Notes: generated by a model from the sequence alone, not told the origin. Shown: positions 15,733-24,838, counted from the first letter of the stretch. The stretch: DNA of 32,000 nucleotides from Halalkalibacterium halodurans (GCF_004376175.1 NZ_SNUY01000038.1:1-32000), one strand, 5' to 3'. Program-made: numbers and translations.

Positions 15733-15915
15733 GCTCCATTCCCTCCTCTATTGATTAAGCGAAAAACGTTTCTCTTCCCCTGTCCCTTACCATAGCGTAA
15801 GCTTTTCTGCCTCTCTCGATGAAAGGCTTTTCTATTTCTATATTTTCCACTTACCAAAAACATTCATATTGTTCTGACATCGGTAGAAGAAGGGAAGCAA
15901 ATGTCCCCTTTCTTT

Positions 15916-17154
15916 TTACCGAACAAGCTTTTTAAATTTCCGTTTGCCCACTTGTACGATGAGGCCATCCTCTATTTCCACTTGTAACTGGACGTCTTCG
16001 ATTTTTTCACCGTTAAGCTTCACTCCGCCATTTTGCACCATTCGCCGTGCTTCACCTTTTGATGGCAATAAATCGAGGGTCACAAGCAAGTCCACAATCC
16101 AAACAGAGGATTCGCCATCCCACTTCACTTCTGGAATGTCCGTTGGCAAATCTCGCTTTTGGAAGACCGTTTTAAAGTAATTTACGGCTTCTTCAGCTTC
16201 GTTTTCGCCATGATACATTCGAACAAGCGTAGCGCCAAGCTTCATTTTCGCATCGCGTGGATGGACACTTCCATCTTCTAGGCCTTTTGCGATCGCTTTT
16301 ACTTCATCCATTGATAAATCGGTCGCTAACTCATAGTATTTCACCATGAGCTCATCTGGAATCGACATGGCCTTTCCAAAAATCTCATTTGGCGCCTCAT
16401 CAATACCAATGTAATTGTTTAAGGATTTAGACATTTTTCGTTCTCCATCCAATCCTTCGATTAACGGCATCGTGATCGCAACTTGCTTATCGTTTCCATA
16501 AGCTTCTTGAAGCATGCGCCCCATCAGCAGGTTGAACTTTTGATCCGTTCCGCCTATTTCAATATCCGACTCTAACGCTACCGAGTCATACCCTTGCATG
16601 AGCGGGTAGAAAAACTCATGGATGGAAATAGGCTGACCTGACTTGTATCGCTTTTCAAAGTCATCCCGTTCAAGCATCCGAGCGACGGTCATTTGACTCG
16701 CAAGCTTAATGACATCTTCAAAGTTAAGCGCGCTTAACCATTTTGAATTATAATGTAACGTTGCTTTTTCCATATCTAAAATTTTTCCGTACTGCTCCAC
16801 ATACGTCCGAGCATTCGCTTTCACTTGCTCATCGGTTAGCTGCTTTCTCGTCTCAGATTTACCAGATGGATCCCCAATTCGCCCGGTAAAATCCCCGATC
16901 AACATTTGCACCTCATGGCCAAGATCTTGGAATTGTCGCAGCTTATGAAGGACAACCGTATGACCGATATGAACATCAGGGGCTGACGGGTCCATCCCTA
17001 GCTTTACTTTTAACGGCTTACCTGTCCGAACCGACTTTTCAATTTTTTCTCGTAAAGCTTCTTCAGGGACAATTTCCACTACCCCACGCTTTAGAATTTC
17101 AAGCTGTCGCTCCACCTCTTGGGTTTGCTCTGGCGTTAACGCTTTTTCCTCCAC
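15916..17154 (-). CDS. tyrS: Tyrosine--tRNA ligase, bacterial type 2 (TyrZ/Thermus-like) with a C-terminal S4 domain
   Basis: HIGH motif (DVHIGHTV), KMSKS motif, [18 protein letters not shown], and a C-terminal S4-like segment [24 protein letters not shown] start behind AGGAGGAA. Confidence 0.9.
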   Translation of the reverse strand: MEEKALTPEQTQEVERQLEILKRGVVEIVPEEALREKIEKSVRTGKPLKVKLGMDPSAPDVHIGHTVVLHKLRQFQDLGHEVQMLIGDFTGRIGDPSGKSETRKQLTDEQVKANARTYVEQYGKILDMEKATLHYNSKWLSALNFEDVIKLASQMTVARMLERDDFEKRYKSGQPISIHEFFYPLMQGYDSVALESDIEIGGTDQKFNLLMGRMLQEAYGNDKQVAITMPLIEGLDGERKMSKSLNNYIGIDEAPNEIFGKAMSIPDELMVKYYELATDLSMDEVKAIAKGLEDGSVHPRDAKMKLGATLVRMYHGENEAEEAVNYFKTVFQKRDLPTDIPEVKWDGESSVWIVDLLVTLDLLPSKGEARRMVQNGGVKLNGEKIEDVQLQVEIEDGLIVQVGKRKFKKLVR

Positions 17155-17190
17155 GGTACATTCCTCCTGTATTGAATGTTAGATCGTTTA

Positions 17191-17445
17191 TAAAAAAATA
17201 AAAAAACCCCTCCCACATAAGGGACGAGCTTACTCGCGGTACCACCCTTTTTGGAGAAATAGTAGCATTTCTCCCAACTCCAACATGATAACGGCATGCC
17301 CCGTTTCTTCACCAAAATAGCAAAGAAAAAGCTCCAAGCTGTACTTCACGAGTCGCCTTTGTACTGATTTGCACCAACCACCAGCTCTCTTTTTACAGGG
17401 AGACGTTCGCTACTGTCACTCTTCAACGCTCAATATTGATTCCAT
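17191..17445 (-). promoter_or_regulatory. T-box leader (tyrosine specifier UAC) with terminator/antiterminator
   Basis: On the minus strand: an AGAGAG element; a specifier-loop candidate GAAGUACA (UAC is the complement of plus-strand gta 17341-17343, followed by the usual purine); the T-box AAAAAGGGTGGTACCGCG (plus-strand cgcggtaccaccc, 17235-17247); then the hairpin CTCGTCCC/GGGAGGGG and a long T-tract (17206..17191). Confidence 0.85.
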
Positions 17446-17448
17446 TCG

Positions 17449-17477
17449 TTTTTATCATACTGCCTCATAAAAGTCAA
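17449..17477 (-). promoter_or_regulatory. tyrS promoter
   Basis: Minus strand: TTGACT (17477..17472), 17-nt spacer ending in TGA, then TAAAAA (17454..17449), which is an extended -10 type. Confidence 0.5.
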
Positions 17478-17528
17478 GAATCGCCTTTAGACAAGCTTTA
17501 CGAAATCATATCGACATTCGACAGTTTG

Positions 17529-17537
17529 TGCTATAAT
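17529..17537 (+). promoter_or_regulatory. Extended -10 promoter element upstream of the PBP gene
   Basis: TGcTATAAT (17529-17537). There is no good -35. Confidence 0.4.
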
Positions 17538-17582
17538 GACTCATGATATTATCCCTTCTTCGTTCACAAAAGGAGGCTGAAC

Positions 17583-20522
17583 ATGAAGAACGCCCTTTCG
17601 CAAATCCGTTCTCGCATTCAAACGATTATTACCATATTGCGAGAGAAGAAGATCTTTCGAGGGATTGGCGTAACCTATTTAGTTGCTTGGAACTTAACCC
17701 TTGTCTTTCTCGTTGGCGCCCTTGTCCTTTTCGTGTTTATCGGAAGTGCAGGCGCTGGCTATTTTGCTTCTCTCGTCCGGGATGAGCCTCTCCGCTCGGC
17801 AGATGAGATGAGGCAGGATATTTTTGATTATGAAGAAACGAGTCAAGTGTTCTTTGCAAACAATGTCTATCTCGGGGAACTTCCCGCAGAAGTAGAACGC
17901 CATTACGTTGCCCTCGACGACATCTCAGAACATCTCATACACGCGATTATCGCCACCGAGGATGAATACTTCTACGAGCATGATGGCATCGTTCCAAAAG
18001 CCATCCTACGCGCAACCTATCAAGAATTTGCTGGCTCTTCTGTCCAAACGGGAGGAAGCACGCTTACTCAACAGTTGATCAAAAACCAAATTCTAACGAG
18101 TGACGTTTCTTTTGACCGAAAAGCGACTGAAATTCTTCTCGCCATGCGCCTTGAACATTTTCTCGAAAAAGAAGAAATTCTTGAAGCTTACTTAAATGTT
18201 GTACCATTTGGACGGAACGCCTCAGGCAGGCAGGTCGCAGGTGCTCAAGCAGCGGCAAAAGGCATTTTCGGCGTTGACGCCAAAGATTTAAACCTGCCGC
18301 AAGCTGCTTTTATTGCTGGTCTTCCGCAAAGCCCATTCGGCTATACACCGTTTACGAGCACAGGGGAAGTAAAGGAAGATCTAGAGCCTGGACTTAGACG
18401 GATGAAAACCGTTTTAAACCGTCTTTACACCAATGGATACATTACAGAAAGTGAGCTAGAGGAAGCGCTAGACTATGACATACGTGAAAACTTAACAAAC
18501 CGTAAAAAATCGCCTATTGAAAAGTATCCATACTTAACCTATGAAGTGATGAAACGTGGAGAAGAAGTCCTCTACAACTTAAAATTAAAAGAGCTTGACG
18601 TTGATTTAGATGAGTTAGAGGAAGAAGAACGGCAATCACTTTTAAACAATCTTAGAGAAGAAGCGAAACATGAATTACGCCATAATGGCTACCGCATTCA
18701 TACGACCATTGACAAAAACATTTATGAAGCGATGAATAATGCAGTCAAGGACGACTCCCTTTTCGGACCGACGATTGCAGGGGAACAAGAACAAGTCGGT
18801 GCTCTCTTACTGGAAAATTCGACAGGGGCGATCAAAGGGTTCGTTGCTGGTCGCGATGAAGGAAGTGCAGAAGACCAATACAACCACGCGACGCAAGCGT
18901 ATCGTCCAAACGGATCAACGATGAAGCCGCTTTTAGCTTACGGTCCAGCGATGGAGATTGGTGCCGCTCAACCAGGTTTCGTCATTCCTGATACACCTGC
19001 AACGTATCCAGGCACTTCAACACCTATTAACAACTTTGATCGTACGCATATGGGACTCATCTCTGTTCGTGAATCGCTTGCCCGCTCTCGTAACGTTCCT
19101 GCCGTGCGTGCCTTTTTACAGGTGCCACATGAACAATCACGGGAAACGATGCGTAAGCTTGGTTTTCAGCTAAACGACGGAGAACCGTACCCTGCAGCAG
19201 CGTTAGGAGCAACCGATCACAACGTCACAGTAGAGCAAAACACGAACGCATTTGCTACGTTTGCAAACGGTGGTCAATACGTCGAATCCTATATGATCGA
19301 AAAAATTGAAACAGCAGACGGAACCGTAATTTATGAGCATAAATCAAAGTCAGTTGACGTGTTCACCCCACAGACATCGTACTTAATGATCGATATGATG
19401 CGCGACGTGCTCCGCGGTGTCGGAACAGCGAATTCTTTACCAGGACGAATGAAATTTTCTGCCGATTGGGCAGGAAAAACAGGAACATCAAGTGAGGTTA
19501 AGGATTCTTGGTTCGTTGGACTAAATCCGAACGTCACCTTGGGCGTATGGATCGGTTATGATACACCGAAAACGATTCAAAGCCCATGGAATGGCTTACG
19601 CTACGGGCCGCGTACGCAACAAATTTGGGCGCGAATTGCCAATGCTGCTTATGATGAAAATCCTGAGCTGATGGCACCGAATCAGTCGTTCGAAATGCCT
19701 GAAGGAATCGTCCGTCGATCCGTTTGTAGCATCACAGGAACCGCACCATCAAAAGCGTGTGAGCAAGCAGGGCTTGTGACATCCGATTTGTTCAACGCAA
19801 AGTTCTTGCCGAAATCTGGAGATGATGGTTTAGAATCTGCTCGTTACGTCACGATTAATGGAAAAAACTATTTAGCTCTTGATTCTACGCCACAAGAGTT
19901 CACAGAAGCTGGGCTACGGCTATCATCAGGGGCTTGGAACATGGACAACATAGGTAAATATTTGCCAGATAACCTAAAAGGATTAATTCCTGACAAAAAA
20001 GCACCGAATAACGGAAAAACGCCTGGTCCTGTCTCAAATATCCGCTTAAACGGCACGACGCTTCAATGGGATAAACATACAGCAGGTGACATTGTCGGGT
20101 ATCGAATCTATCGAGTGAATGGTGGCTCGACAGAACGGGTTGGCTCTGTTAAAGGAAACGAAACGACATCTTATAACGTCAGCAACGGTAACCATTCTTA
20201 TTATGTAACAGCCGTTGATTCGGTTGGTCGTGAATCTAGCCGCTCCTCAGCCGTTGATTCGGTTGGTCGTGAATCTAGCCGCTCCTCAGCCGTTCAAGGA
20301 AAAACTGCGAGCGTCTCATCAAAGAGTAGCCAGACATCCTCAGATGAAAAGAAAGAGGAGAAGAAAAAAGAAGAGAAGAAGGAAGAAAAGAAAGAGGAAA
20401 AGAAAGACGATAAGAAGAAGCAGGAGAACGAGCAAAACAACAAACGCGAAGACGATAAACCAGATGACGACGGAGGATCCGACGATGGGGATGATGATTC
20501 TTCTTCTGACGATGACCGTTAG
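17583..20522 (+). CDS. Class A (PBP1A-family) penicillin-binding protein: glycosyltransferase plus transpeptidase, an FN3-like domain and a low-complexity charged tail
   Basis: 979 aa. N-terminal TM. GT51 motifs EDEYFYEHDG, GGSTLTQQ, RKATE. Transpeptidase motifs STMK, SRN, KTGT. The FN3-like segment LNGTTLQWDKHTAGDIVGYRIYRVNG...YYVTAVDSVGRES. A K/E-rich then D-rich tail. RBS AAAGGAGG. Confidence 0.9.
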   Translation: MKNALSQIRSRIQTIITILREKKIFRGIGVTYLVAWNLTLVFLVGALVLFVFIGSAGAGYFASLVRDEPLRSADEMRQDIFDYEETSQVFFANNVYLGELPAEVERHYVALDDISEHLIHAIIATEDEYFYEHDGIVPKAILRATYQEFAGSSVQTGGSTLTQQLIKNQILTSDVSFDRKATEILLAMRLEHFLEKEEILEAYLNVVPFGRNASGRQVAGAQAAAKGIFGVDAKDLNLPQAAFIAGLPQSPFGYTPFTSTGEVKEDLEPGLRRMKTVLNRLYTNGYITESELEEALDYDIRENLTNRKKSPIEKYPYLTYEVMKRGEEVLYNLKLKELDVDLDELEEEERQSLLNNLREEAKHELRHNGYRIHTTIDKNIYEAMNNAVKDDSLFGPTIAGEQEQVGALLLENSTGAIKGFVAGRDEGSAEDQYNHATQAYRPNGSTMKPLLAYGPAMEIGAAQPGFVIPDTPATYPGTSTPINNFDRTHMGLISVRESLARSRNVPAVRAFLQVPHEQSRETMRKLGFQLNDGEPYPAAALGATDHNVTVEQNTNAFATFANGGQYVESYMIEKIETADGTVIYEHKSKSVDVFTPQTSYLMIDMMRDVLRGVGTANSLPGRMKFSADWAGKTGTSSEVKDSWFVGLNPNVTLGVWIGYDTPKTIQSPWNGLRYGPRTQQIWARIANAAYDENPELMAPNQSFEMPEGIVRRSVCSITGTAPSKACEQAGLVTSDLFNAKFLPKSGDDGLESARYVTINGKNYLALDSTPQEFTEAGLRLSSGAWNMDNIGKYLPDNLKGLIPDKKAPNNGKTPGPVSNIRLNGTTLQWDKHTAGDIVGYRIYRVNGGSTERVGSVKGNETTSYNVSNGNHSYYVTAVDSVGRESSRSSAVDSVGRESSRSSAVQGKTASVSSKSSQTSSDEKKEEKKKEEKKEEKKEEKKDDKKKQENEQNNKREDDKPDDDGGSDDGDDDSSSDDDR
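20211..20288 (+). repeat. Perfect 39-bp tandem duplication inside the PBP gene
   Basis: gccgttgattcggttggtcgtgaatctagccgctcctca occurs at 20211-20249 and again at 20250-20288, followed by a partial third start (gccgtt). It is in frame and duplicates AVDSVGRESSRSS. Confidence 0.95.
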
Positions 20523-20552
20523 GAATACGATAGGGACCCTTAATTAATATGA

Positions 20553-20602
20553 TACCTATAGATAGGACACTTGAAAAAGAGTGTTCATCTATAGGTATTT
20601 TT
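20553..20602 (+). terminator. PBP gene terminator
   Basis: atacctatagat (20553-20564) pairs with atctataggtat (20587-20598), with an inner acact/agtgt helix, followed by TTTTTA. Confidence 0.75.
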
Positions 20603-20882
20603 ATACACTTACATTTAGAGGGGCATGGGTAGAAGATCATTTTCAACGCGGTCTCTTAGGCGTAAACCTAACCTTTAGAATGCATTTTCCCCTTTTTCCT
20701 AGAGCCTGTGACAAAGTTAAAAATCAACCTTTTTCAGACTCTTTTTCTCCATAGGATGCTTTTTACGGTTTTGCTAGAATCATCTGTCTGTTATAAAACG
20801 CTCACTCACTTCTAAAAGACATATCTCCTTTACAAGAGGCCGCTTTATCCAATAATCTATTTCACGATTATCATCTCTATCT

Positions 20883-21748
20883 TCAAAACTTGCCTTGAAT
20901 CCTTTTGCACGACCCTCTATTGATTAAAGTCGCATTTATTTTTTCTACAATACCAAGCTGTTCTTTTCCTTCTATCGATTTAATTAAAAGTGTTGTTGCT
21001 CTCTTTGCTATGTCTACAAATGAAATATCTATCGTTGTCAAAAGAGGGGATAAATATGAGGCAAAAAACGAATTATCAAAACCTACAATCGAAATGTCCT
21101 CTGGAATATTCAATCCTAACTCTGCAATGGCTTTGTAAGCTCCAATAGCCATTGTGTCGTTACTGATAAAATGGCCGTGGGCTTATTTGACCCATTGAGT
21201 ATAGACTTTATCCCTTCGTACCCGCTATCCTCAGTGAAATCTCCTTGAAAAATGTGGTCTTCACTAAGCTTTAATCCATGATAACTTAATGTCTCTTTAA
21301 ATCCATCTAGTCTTTCTTTAGCAGATACTTTATTTAGATTCCCTGTTATAATCCCAATTTTTTTATGTCCGAGTTCAACTAAATGATTGACTGCTTTCGC
21401 ACTACCCTCATAGTTATCTGGATTAATATAAATAGCATTATGTTCTTTACTATATACTTCGCTTGTATCAATCATGGCTATCTTATATCCTTGTTTAATG
21501 AGCTTAAAAATAAACTCATTTTCATCTTCTTGTGTTCCAACAAAAATGGCACCTTCAATCATTTTTTGATTGAAAATACTCTCGACCTTCTTTAAGTCCT
21601 CTTTCGAATAAACAATCGATATGATGACATAATAATCTAATTTGTTGGCTTGATCACTTACTGCATTAATAACGGGAGCAAAAAAGGGGTTGTTGTAGAT
21701 TAATGTATCGTCAGTCGTTTTGAGATGATGTGTGCCATCGTTCTTCAC
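20883..21748 (-). pseudogene. LacI-family regulator remnant: HTH-less, frameshifted, AT-rich
   Basis: A sugar-binding core (...NPFFAPVINAV...IGIITGNLNKVSAKERLDGFKETL...) continues in another frame as FISNDTMAIGAYKAIAELGLNIPEDISIVGFDN...LTTIDI...LINRGS. The frame shifts at a T4 run (plus strand 21168-21171). The roughly 60 aa N-terminal HTH is absent. The region is visibly more AT-rich than its flanks. Confidence 0.7.
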
Positions 21749-21909
21749 AAAGAAAAAACAGAAATGAAAACTAAATATTTACTTTTTACCATCTTCCATC
21801 CTCCTTATAGGGATCATTTTGTTACTATCCGTTAACTAACGCGTGTTAGTAAACAGCGAAAAATTTGTTGTTACTTTTTCGGTAACAACTTTAAAAAATT
21901 CGGAATTTT

Positions 21910-21923
21910 CGAAAGCGCTTTCA
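21910..21923 (-). promoter_or_regulatory. cre-like / LacI-family operator palindrome
   Basis: The minus strand reads TGAAAGCGCTTTCG, a 13 of 14 match to the cre consensus TGWAANCGNTNWCA. The core gaaagcgctttc (21911-21922) is a perfect 12-bp palindrome. Confidence 0.45.
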
Positions 21924-22164
21924 ATCCTATTATAAATGAATCTTAAATAAATTCAATCTTTTTCACTACTTTTTCTATTAACTGCAAAAAGTCAGGTTAT
22001 CATACAGCGCGTAGAAAAAATATTATTTTCCGAGGGTAAAATCCCCCAAAATCAACTGAAATAGCTAAATATCGGAGAATTCGATTTATGCTACTTTTTG
22101 TAACGATTCTTTTCTCAATAAACAATTTTGCCTCATTCACTACCTCAACATTTGATTAAGTGCT

Positions 22165-22201
22165 AAAATAAAGCCCCTACAGGATTGGTTCCATAGGGGC
22201 T
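22165..22201 (-). terminator. acsA terminator
   Basis: agccccta (22172-22179) pairs with taggggct (22194-22201). The minus strand then reads TTTATTTT. Confidence 0.75.
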
Positions 22202-22209
22202 GGATGCTT

Positions 22210-23925
22210 TTAATCTTCCATTGTCGAAAGGTCTCCCGTAGGTAAGTCTAGCTCCCATGCTTTTAACACACGACGCATAATTTTACCGCTGCGTGTTTTT
22301 GGTAGCTTATCCTTAAACTCGATCTCTCTTGGAGCGGCATGGGCAGCAAGACCTTCCTTCACAAATGTGCGAATATCTTCTTTTAACTCGTCGGTGAGTT
22401 CATATCCATCGCGAAGGGAGACAAATGCCTTGATAATTTCGCCACGAACTGGATCAGGCTTTCCGATAACTCCCGCTTCAGCTACAGCAGGATGCTCTAC
22501 TAGCTTGCTTTCTACCTCAAATGGACCGACTCGTTCCCCTGAGGTCATAATGACATCATCAATTCGGCCTTGGAACCAGAAATAGCCATCTTCATCCATA
22601 TAAGCCGAATCACCAGAAACGTACCAGCCATCAATTTCAAAATAGCTGTTATACTTTTCTTCATTTTTCCATATGGCACGCATCATCGAAGGCCAGCCTT
22701 TGCGGATCGCTAAATTCCCCATCCGATTCGGTGGTAGCTCATTCCCTTGATCATCGATGATGGCCGCTTTAATTCCTGGCAACGGTTTTCCCATTGAGCC
22801 TGGGCGAATGTCCATTGATGGATAGTTACAAATTAATTGCGCTCCTGTTTCTGTCATCCACCACGTATCATGAATACGCAAATCAAACACTTTCATCCCC
22901 CAGCGGACAACTTCTGGATTTAATGGTTCACCCACGCTTAAGATGTGGCGCAAAGACGATAGATCGTACTTTTTCACGAGCTCATCCCCGGCGCTCATTA
23001 ACATTCGGAATGCGGTTGGTGCACTGTACCATACGGTTGCCTTATATTTTTGCAATGTCTCATACCAATCTGCTGGGCTAAAGCGACCACCGCGAATTAC
23101 ATTTGTCGCTCCACATAACCACGGGGCAAAAATCCCGTACGACGTCCCTGTTACCCAGCCAGGATCAGCAGTACACCAATAGACGTCATCCTCTTTTAAA
23201 TCTAACACCCATTTTCCTGTTTGGTAGTGTTGAATCATCGCATTGTGGACGTGTAATACTCCTTTTGGCTTCCCGGTAGATCCTGAAGTATAGTGTAAAA
23301 TCAAGCCGTCTTCACGGTCCACCCATTCAATTTCTAAGTCATCCGATGCTTGAGTTAACTTAGAGAGAAAATCACGATAAGGCCCTTCTTCTTCAACATG
23401 ATCACCGACGATAAATACCGTTTCCAAATGTGGCAATTGGTCGACTGGTACACGTTGTAACAGATCTGGAGTTGTGATGAGAACTTTTGCTTCACTATCT
23501 TCTAAGCGATCTCTGACTGCCCCTTCCATAAAGGCTTCAAAAAGAGGTCCAACGATCGCACCAACCTTCACTGCGCCAAGCAATGCAAAATAAAGTTCAG
23601 GTGAGCGTGGCATGAAAATAAAGACCCGATCCCCTTTGCTGACTCCAGCATCGCGAAGAACGTTGCCAGCTTTATCTGTATACTTCTTCATATCAGCAAA
23701 TGTATACTGCTCATCCCTTGTTGCGTCACTATAATAAAGAGCCACTTTATCTTGTCTGTTTGATTCTGCATGACGGTCAATGGCTTCATAGGCGAGATTC
23801 ACTTTCCCTGTCTCATACCATGAAAACTGTTTTTCAACAGAAGACCAATCAAAGGTAGAGACAGCTTCATTGTAATCTTTTAGATTATGGTTCCCCTCTT
23901 TTGTTGGAAGCGCTTGCAAGTTCAT
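22210..23925 (-). CDS. acsA: Acetyl-CoA synthetase (AMP-forming)
   Basis: MNLQALPTKEGNHNLKDY... It has the AMP-binding motif YTSGSTGKPKG and the C-terminal PKTRSGKIMRR, which contains the lysine acetylated by AcuA in B. subtilis. The start is placed at ATG 23925; the ORF-track ATG 23934 abuts the SD. Confidence 0.93.
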   Translation of the reverse strand: MNLQALPTKEGNHNLKDYNEAVSTFDWSSVEKQFSWYETGKVNLAYEAIDRHAESNRQDKVALYYSDATRDEQYTFADMKKYTDKAGNVLRDAGVSKGDRVFIFMPRSPELYFALLGAVKVGAIVGPLFEAFMEGAVRDRLEDSEAKVLITTPDLLQRVPVDQLPHLETVFIVGDHVEEEGPYRDFLSKLTQASDDLEIEWVDREDGLILHYTSGSTGKPKGVLHVHNAMIQHYQTGKWVLDLKEDDVYWCTADPGWVTGTSYGIFAPWLCGATNVIRGGRFSPADWYETLQKYKATVWYSAPTAFRMLMSAGDELVKKYDLSSLRHILSVGEPLNPEVVRWGMKVFDLRIHDTWWMTETGAQLICNYPSMDIRPGSMGKPLPGIKAAIIDDQGNELPPNRMGNLAIRKGWPSMMRAIWKNEEKYNSYFEIDGWYVSGDSAYMDEDGYFWFQGRIDDVIMTSGERVGPFEVESKLVEHPAVAEAGVIGKPDPVRGEIIKAFVSLRDGYELTDELKEDIRTFVKEGLAAHAAPREIEFKDKLPKTRSGKIMRRVLKAWELDLPTGDLSTMED

Positions 23926-23964
23926 CAACCTCATCTCCCTCTCTTATTTTCAAATTCTCGTACT

Positions 23965-23993
23965 ATTATAGTACAGTTAGAAAATTTTTTCAA
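23965..23993 (-). promoter_or_regulatory. acsA promoter
   Basis: Minus strand: TTGAAA (23993..23988), 17-nt spacer, TATAAT (23970..23965). The -10 lies inside a 15-bp palindrome (23960-23974). Confidence 0.6.
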
Positions 23994-24166
23994 TTTCAAA
24001 TTGTGTATTGGTTTTACTTATGAGAAAATTATCATGTGGCAATCCGCAGAACAAACAACAATTTGGGGCAACATCATGTATACTATGAATAGATATACAA
24101 CCAAGGAAACAGAAAAAAGCGCGAGCGTAAATACGAGCGCTTCGATCATTAAAGGTGGTTCAAGTG

Positions 24167-24799
24167 ATGATTCATAAAAAAACGTACTATGCGGTAAAGC
24201 ACGAAGCCAACGGATTTTCCCTCGTCCTTGAAGGTCCTTTATCAGGAAAACAGCTTTCGGAGCTCGACTTTCATGAAGGGCTCGTCGCTTTTCGTCCACC
24301 TAAGGAACAGAGAAAGGCCTTAATTGAAATAGCCGATTTACCCGAGGGCCGAGTGAATATTGTCCGTCATGAGCAAATGATCGTCGGCTATGTGACCTTT
24401 GTGTACCCAGATCCGCTGGAACGTTGGTCACAAGGACAAATTGAAAATTTAATTGAGCTTGGTGCGATCGAAATTGCCCCTGAATATCGCGGAGCTCAGG
24501 TTGGAAAAAACCTTCTTAGACTATCGATGAAAGACGATGCAATGGAGGATTACATCATTATTACAACGGAGTATTACTGGCATTGGGACTTAAAAGGGAG
24601 TGGTCTCAATGTATGGGAATACCGAAAAGTGATGGAAAAAATGATGAACGCTGGCGGTCTGGAATGGTATGCGACAGATGACCCTGAAATATGCTCCCAT
24701 CCGGCTAACTGCTTGATGGCCCGAATCGGGAAAAGAGTGGCCCCAGAGTCGATTCAGGCGTTCGATCAGCTGCGCTTCCAAAACCGGTTTATGTACTAA
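24167..24799 (+). CDS. acuA: Acetoin utilization protein AcuA (GNAT acetyltransferase acting on AcsA)
   Basis: ...VGYVTFVYPDPLERWSQGQIENLIELGAIEIAPEYRG...TTEYYWHWDLKG...SHPANCLMARIGK... closely matches B. subtilis AcuA as I recall it. RBS AAAGGTGG. ATG 24167 is preferred over the ORF-track GTG 24155. Confidence 0.88.
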   Translation: MIHKKTYYAVKHEANGFSLVLEGPLSGKQLSELDFHEGLVAFRPPKEQRKALIEIADLPEGRVNIVRHEQMIVGYVTFVYPDPLERWSQGQIENLIELGAIEIAPEYRGAQVGKNLLRLSMKDDAMEDYIIITTEYYWHWDLKGSGLNVWEYRKVMEKMMNAGGLEWYATDDPEICSHPANCLMARIGKRVAPESIQAFDQLRFQNRFMY

Positions 24800-24838
24800 T
24801 TCTACTCTATAAGACACTCAAAAGAGGTGATCGTTTTC

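Noticed and set aside
15733-15915. The 183-nt leader of the DAACS transporter examined for a riboswitch, T-box or attenuator
   Set aside because: It contains only small hairpins (for example GCCTTTC/GAGAGGC). I recognise no conserved riboswitch core, specifier/T-box sequence or terminator.
17543-17785. 80-aa plus-strand ORF overlapping the PBP start in another frame
   Set aside because: The PBP frame has the strong RBS and conserved motifs. This ORF has neither.
20215-20646. ORFs 20215-20547 (+) and 20275-20646 (-) with R/K-rich or S/L-rich products
   Set aside because: These are alternative-frame and antisense readings of the repetitive GAA/AAG-rich PBP tail and the 39-bp duplication. They are not independent genes.
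24088-24154. Candidate cre sites (TGAATAGATATACA; ACGAGCGCTTCGAT) upstream of acuA
   Set aside because: Each has several mismatches at invariant cre positions (the TG/CA ends or the central CG). This is not good enough to call.
23887-24299. ORFs 23887-24177 (+) and 24018-24299 (-) in the acsA-acuA intergenic region
   Set aside because: They span promoters and the 5' ends of the real genes. No RBS, and the sequence is implausible for a protein.
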